This document shows positions 63,040 to 64,000 of a stretch of DNA of 64,000 nucleotides, one piece after another. Position 1 is the first letter of the stretch, and the number at the start of each line of letters is the position of its first letter. Origin of the DNA: a virus (lineage: Duplodnaviria; Caudoviricetes); the IMG/VR virus record IMGVR_UViG_3300028832_000102, positions 64,015-128,014 of that record, one strand, 5' to 3'. The notes under the pieces are model-generated. The model did no database searches. It was not told the origin of the DNA and saw nothing but the letters and a program-made list of their open reading frames with translations. Position numbers and translations under genes: made by a program.

Positions 63040-63792
63040 TTACTCTATCATCTTATATTCTCCTGCATCGAAGGCTCGCTCTGTTACGTCGAGGTCGTTC
63101 CAATCCTCTTCGTGCATGGCTCCGTTGTGGCTGTGGCACTCGACGCGCAGACTGTTATTCGGACGGTCGATGCTGATTACCTTAAACCACATCGGCTCCT
63201 TGCAGCCTTTCCACGCCTGCTGAAAGCGGTCGCCCTCTTTCAGTGTTACGCTTGATGGCTCACGCTGTTCCATCAACTGCTTGGCCATCTTGACATACCA
63301 AGTGTCGTTGATGTCGGCATCGGTTATCTCACGAAGGTCTTTCTCGCTCTTTATCTTGTGCCACCACGAACCGCATCCGTAGATGACTTTGTTCAACTGA
63401 GGCACGAGCATTGCGGGATTGCCCATTGTCGATACTTTCAGCGTCTTCGATTCCGAGTTGAATGATACGAGGCTCTGAATCGGCAGGTCGCCAATATAGA
63501 TGCCGAAGTACGTCTTACCGCCGTATTCGTCACCGCATGGACGGACAGCCACGAAGTCGCCCGTCTTGGCGTGCCAGCTGTCGGTCTTTATCGGCTCAAC
63601 GTCGATGTTCTCGATAGTCAGCGGAAACTCGATGTACCGCGACTTGAATAACTCGCAGGCTTCGCACTTGGCTTCATCGGTAGGCACAACCTTGTCGTTG
63701 TCCCAACCAGCCTGCACGCAAGAATGGTCGCCCTTGAAGTGATGGTGAGCATACTTGCATCGTTCCAATTTTGTTTTCTTCTCTTCTGTCAT
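63040..63792 (-). CDS. Hypothetical protein, paralog of 41064-41612 with extra C-terminal domain
   Basis: Direct comparison of translations. Confidence 0.8.
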   Translation of the reverse strand: MTEEKKTKLERCKYAHHHFKGDHSCVQAGWDNDKVVPTDEAKCEACELFKSRYIEFPLTIENIDVEPIKTDSWHAKTGDFVAVRPCGDEYGGKTYFGIYIGDLPIQSLVSFNSESKTLKVSTMGNPAMLVPQLNKVIYGCGSWWHKIKSEKDLREITDADINDTWYVKMAKQLMEQREPSSVTLKEGDRFQQAWKGCKEPMWFKVISIDRPNNSLRVECHSHNGAMHEEDWNDLDVTERAFDAGEYKMIE

Positions 63793-63797
63793 AGTTC

Positions 63798-63984
63798 CTA
63801 ATTCAAATTTGACAATAAAGAAACGGCACTACGCGCTGTCAGGTTCAAATTAGCTGAGACCTTGGGGTGGTTATCCCATACCCCACGCGGTGCCGTTATA
63901 TTTCTACCACGATGTTCTACACACAAAACGCTGACTTTGTGGGTCAGCGGCGTGCCGCTAATTTGATTTGACGTTGCAAAGATA
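63798..63984 (-). ncRNA. C4/CI-like antisense leader RNA
   Basis: Promoter TATCTTTG, then target-antisense-target arrangement with the antisense inside an AACGGCAC/GTGCCGTT stem. Confidence 0.6.
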
Positions 63985-64000
63985 GGGCTTTTTCTCATAT

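Noticed and set aside
63798-63998. 66-aa ORF as a real protein
   Set aside because: It begins upstream of the promoter box and overlaps the structured RNA; better explained as RNA, though a leader peptide cannot be excluded.

Overview
The window is 64 kb of a tailed dsDNA phage or prophage of a Bacteroidota host, most likely Prevotella-like. The host call is inferred from TTTG-N~20-TAnnTTTG promoters, A-rich SD-less structural gene starts, and DUF4494-, DUF3127-, HU-like and Mfa2-like genes. Layout: (1) 1-25 kb, morphogenesis: terminase 3' end, holin, portal, acyl carrier protein, 3407-aa tape measure, two glycosyltransferase genes, adaptor-like protein, S49 protease/scaffold, major capsid with a C-terminal Ig-like domain, putative tail tube. 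(2) 25-30 kb, divergent HTH switch and a primase-helicase. (3) 30-54.7 kb and 59.8-62.4 kb, dense arrays of short accessory genes (C5 and N6 MTases, two radical SAM, three YopX, an RNAP alpha-CTD-like protein) joined by a recurrent ATTAAGGAGGACTGA-N2-5-ATG junction. (4) 54.7-58.7 kb, a reverse-strand Cys-rich operon of unknown function. Best leads: a candidate virion-glycosylation cassette; a six-copy TGCCCTTG-N20-TAnnTT promoter that links the Cys-rich operon to the structural genes; the cassette-like junction motif; three structured RNA elements; three genes with apparent internal deletions. No integrase, endolysin, reverse transcriptase, CRISPR array or canonical tRNA was seen. All family calls come from motif recognition by eye, not from database searches.
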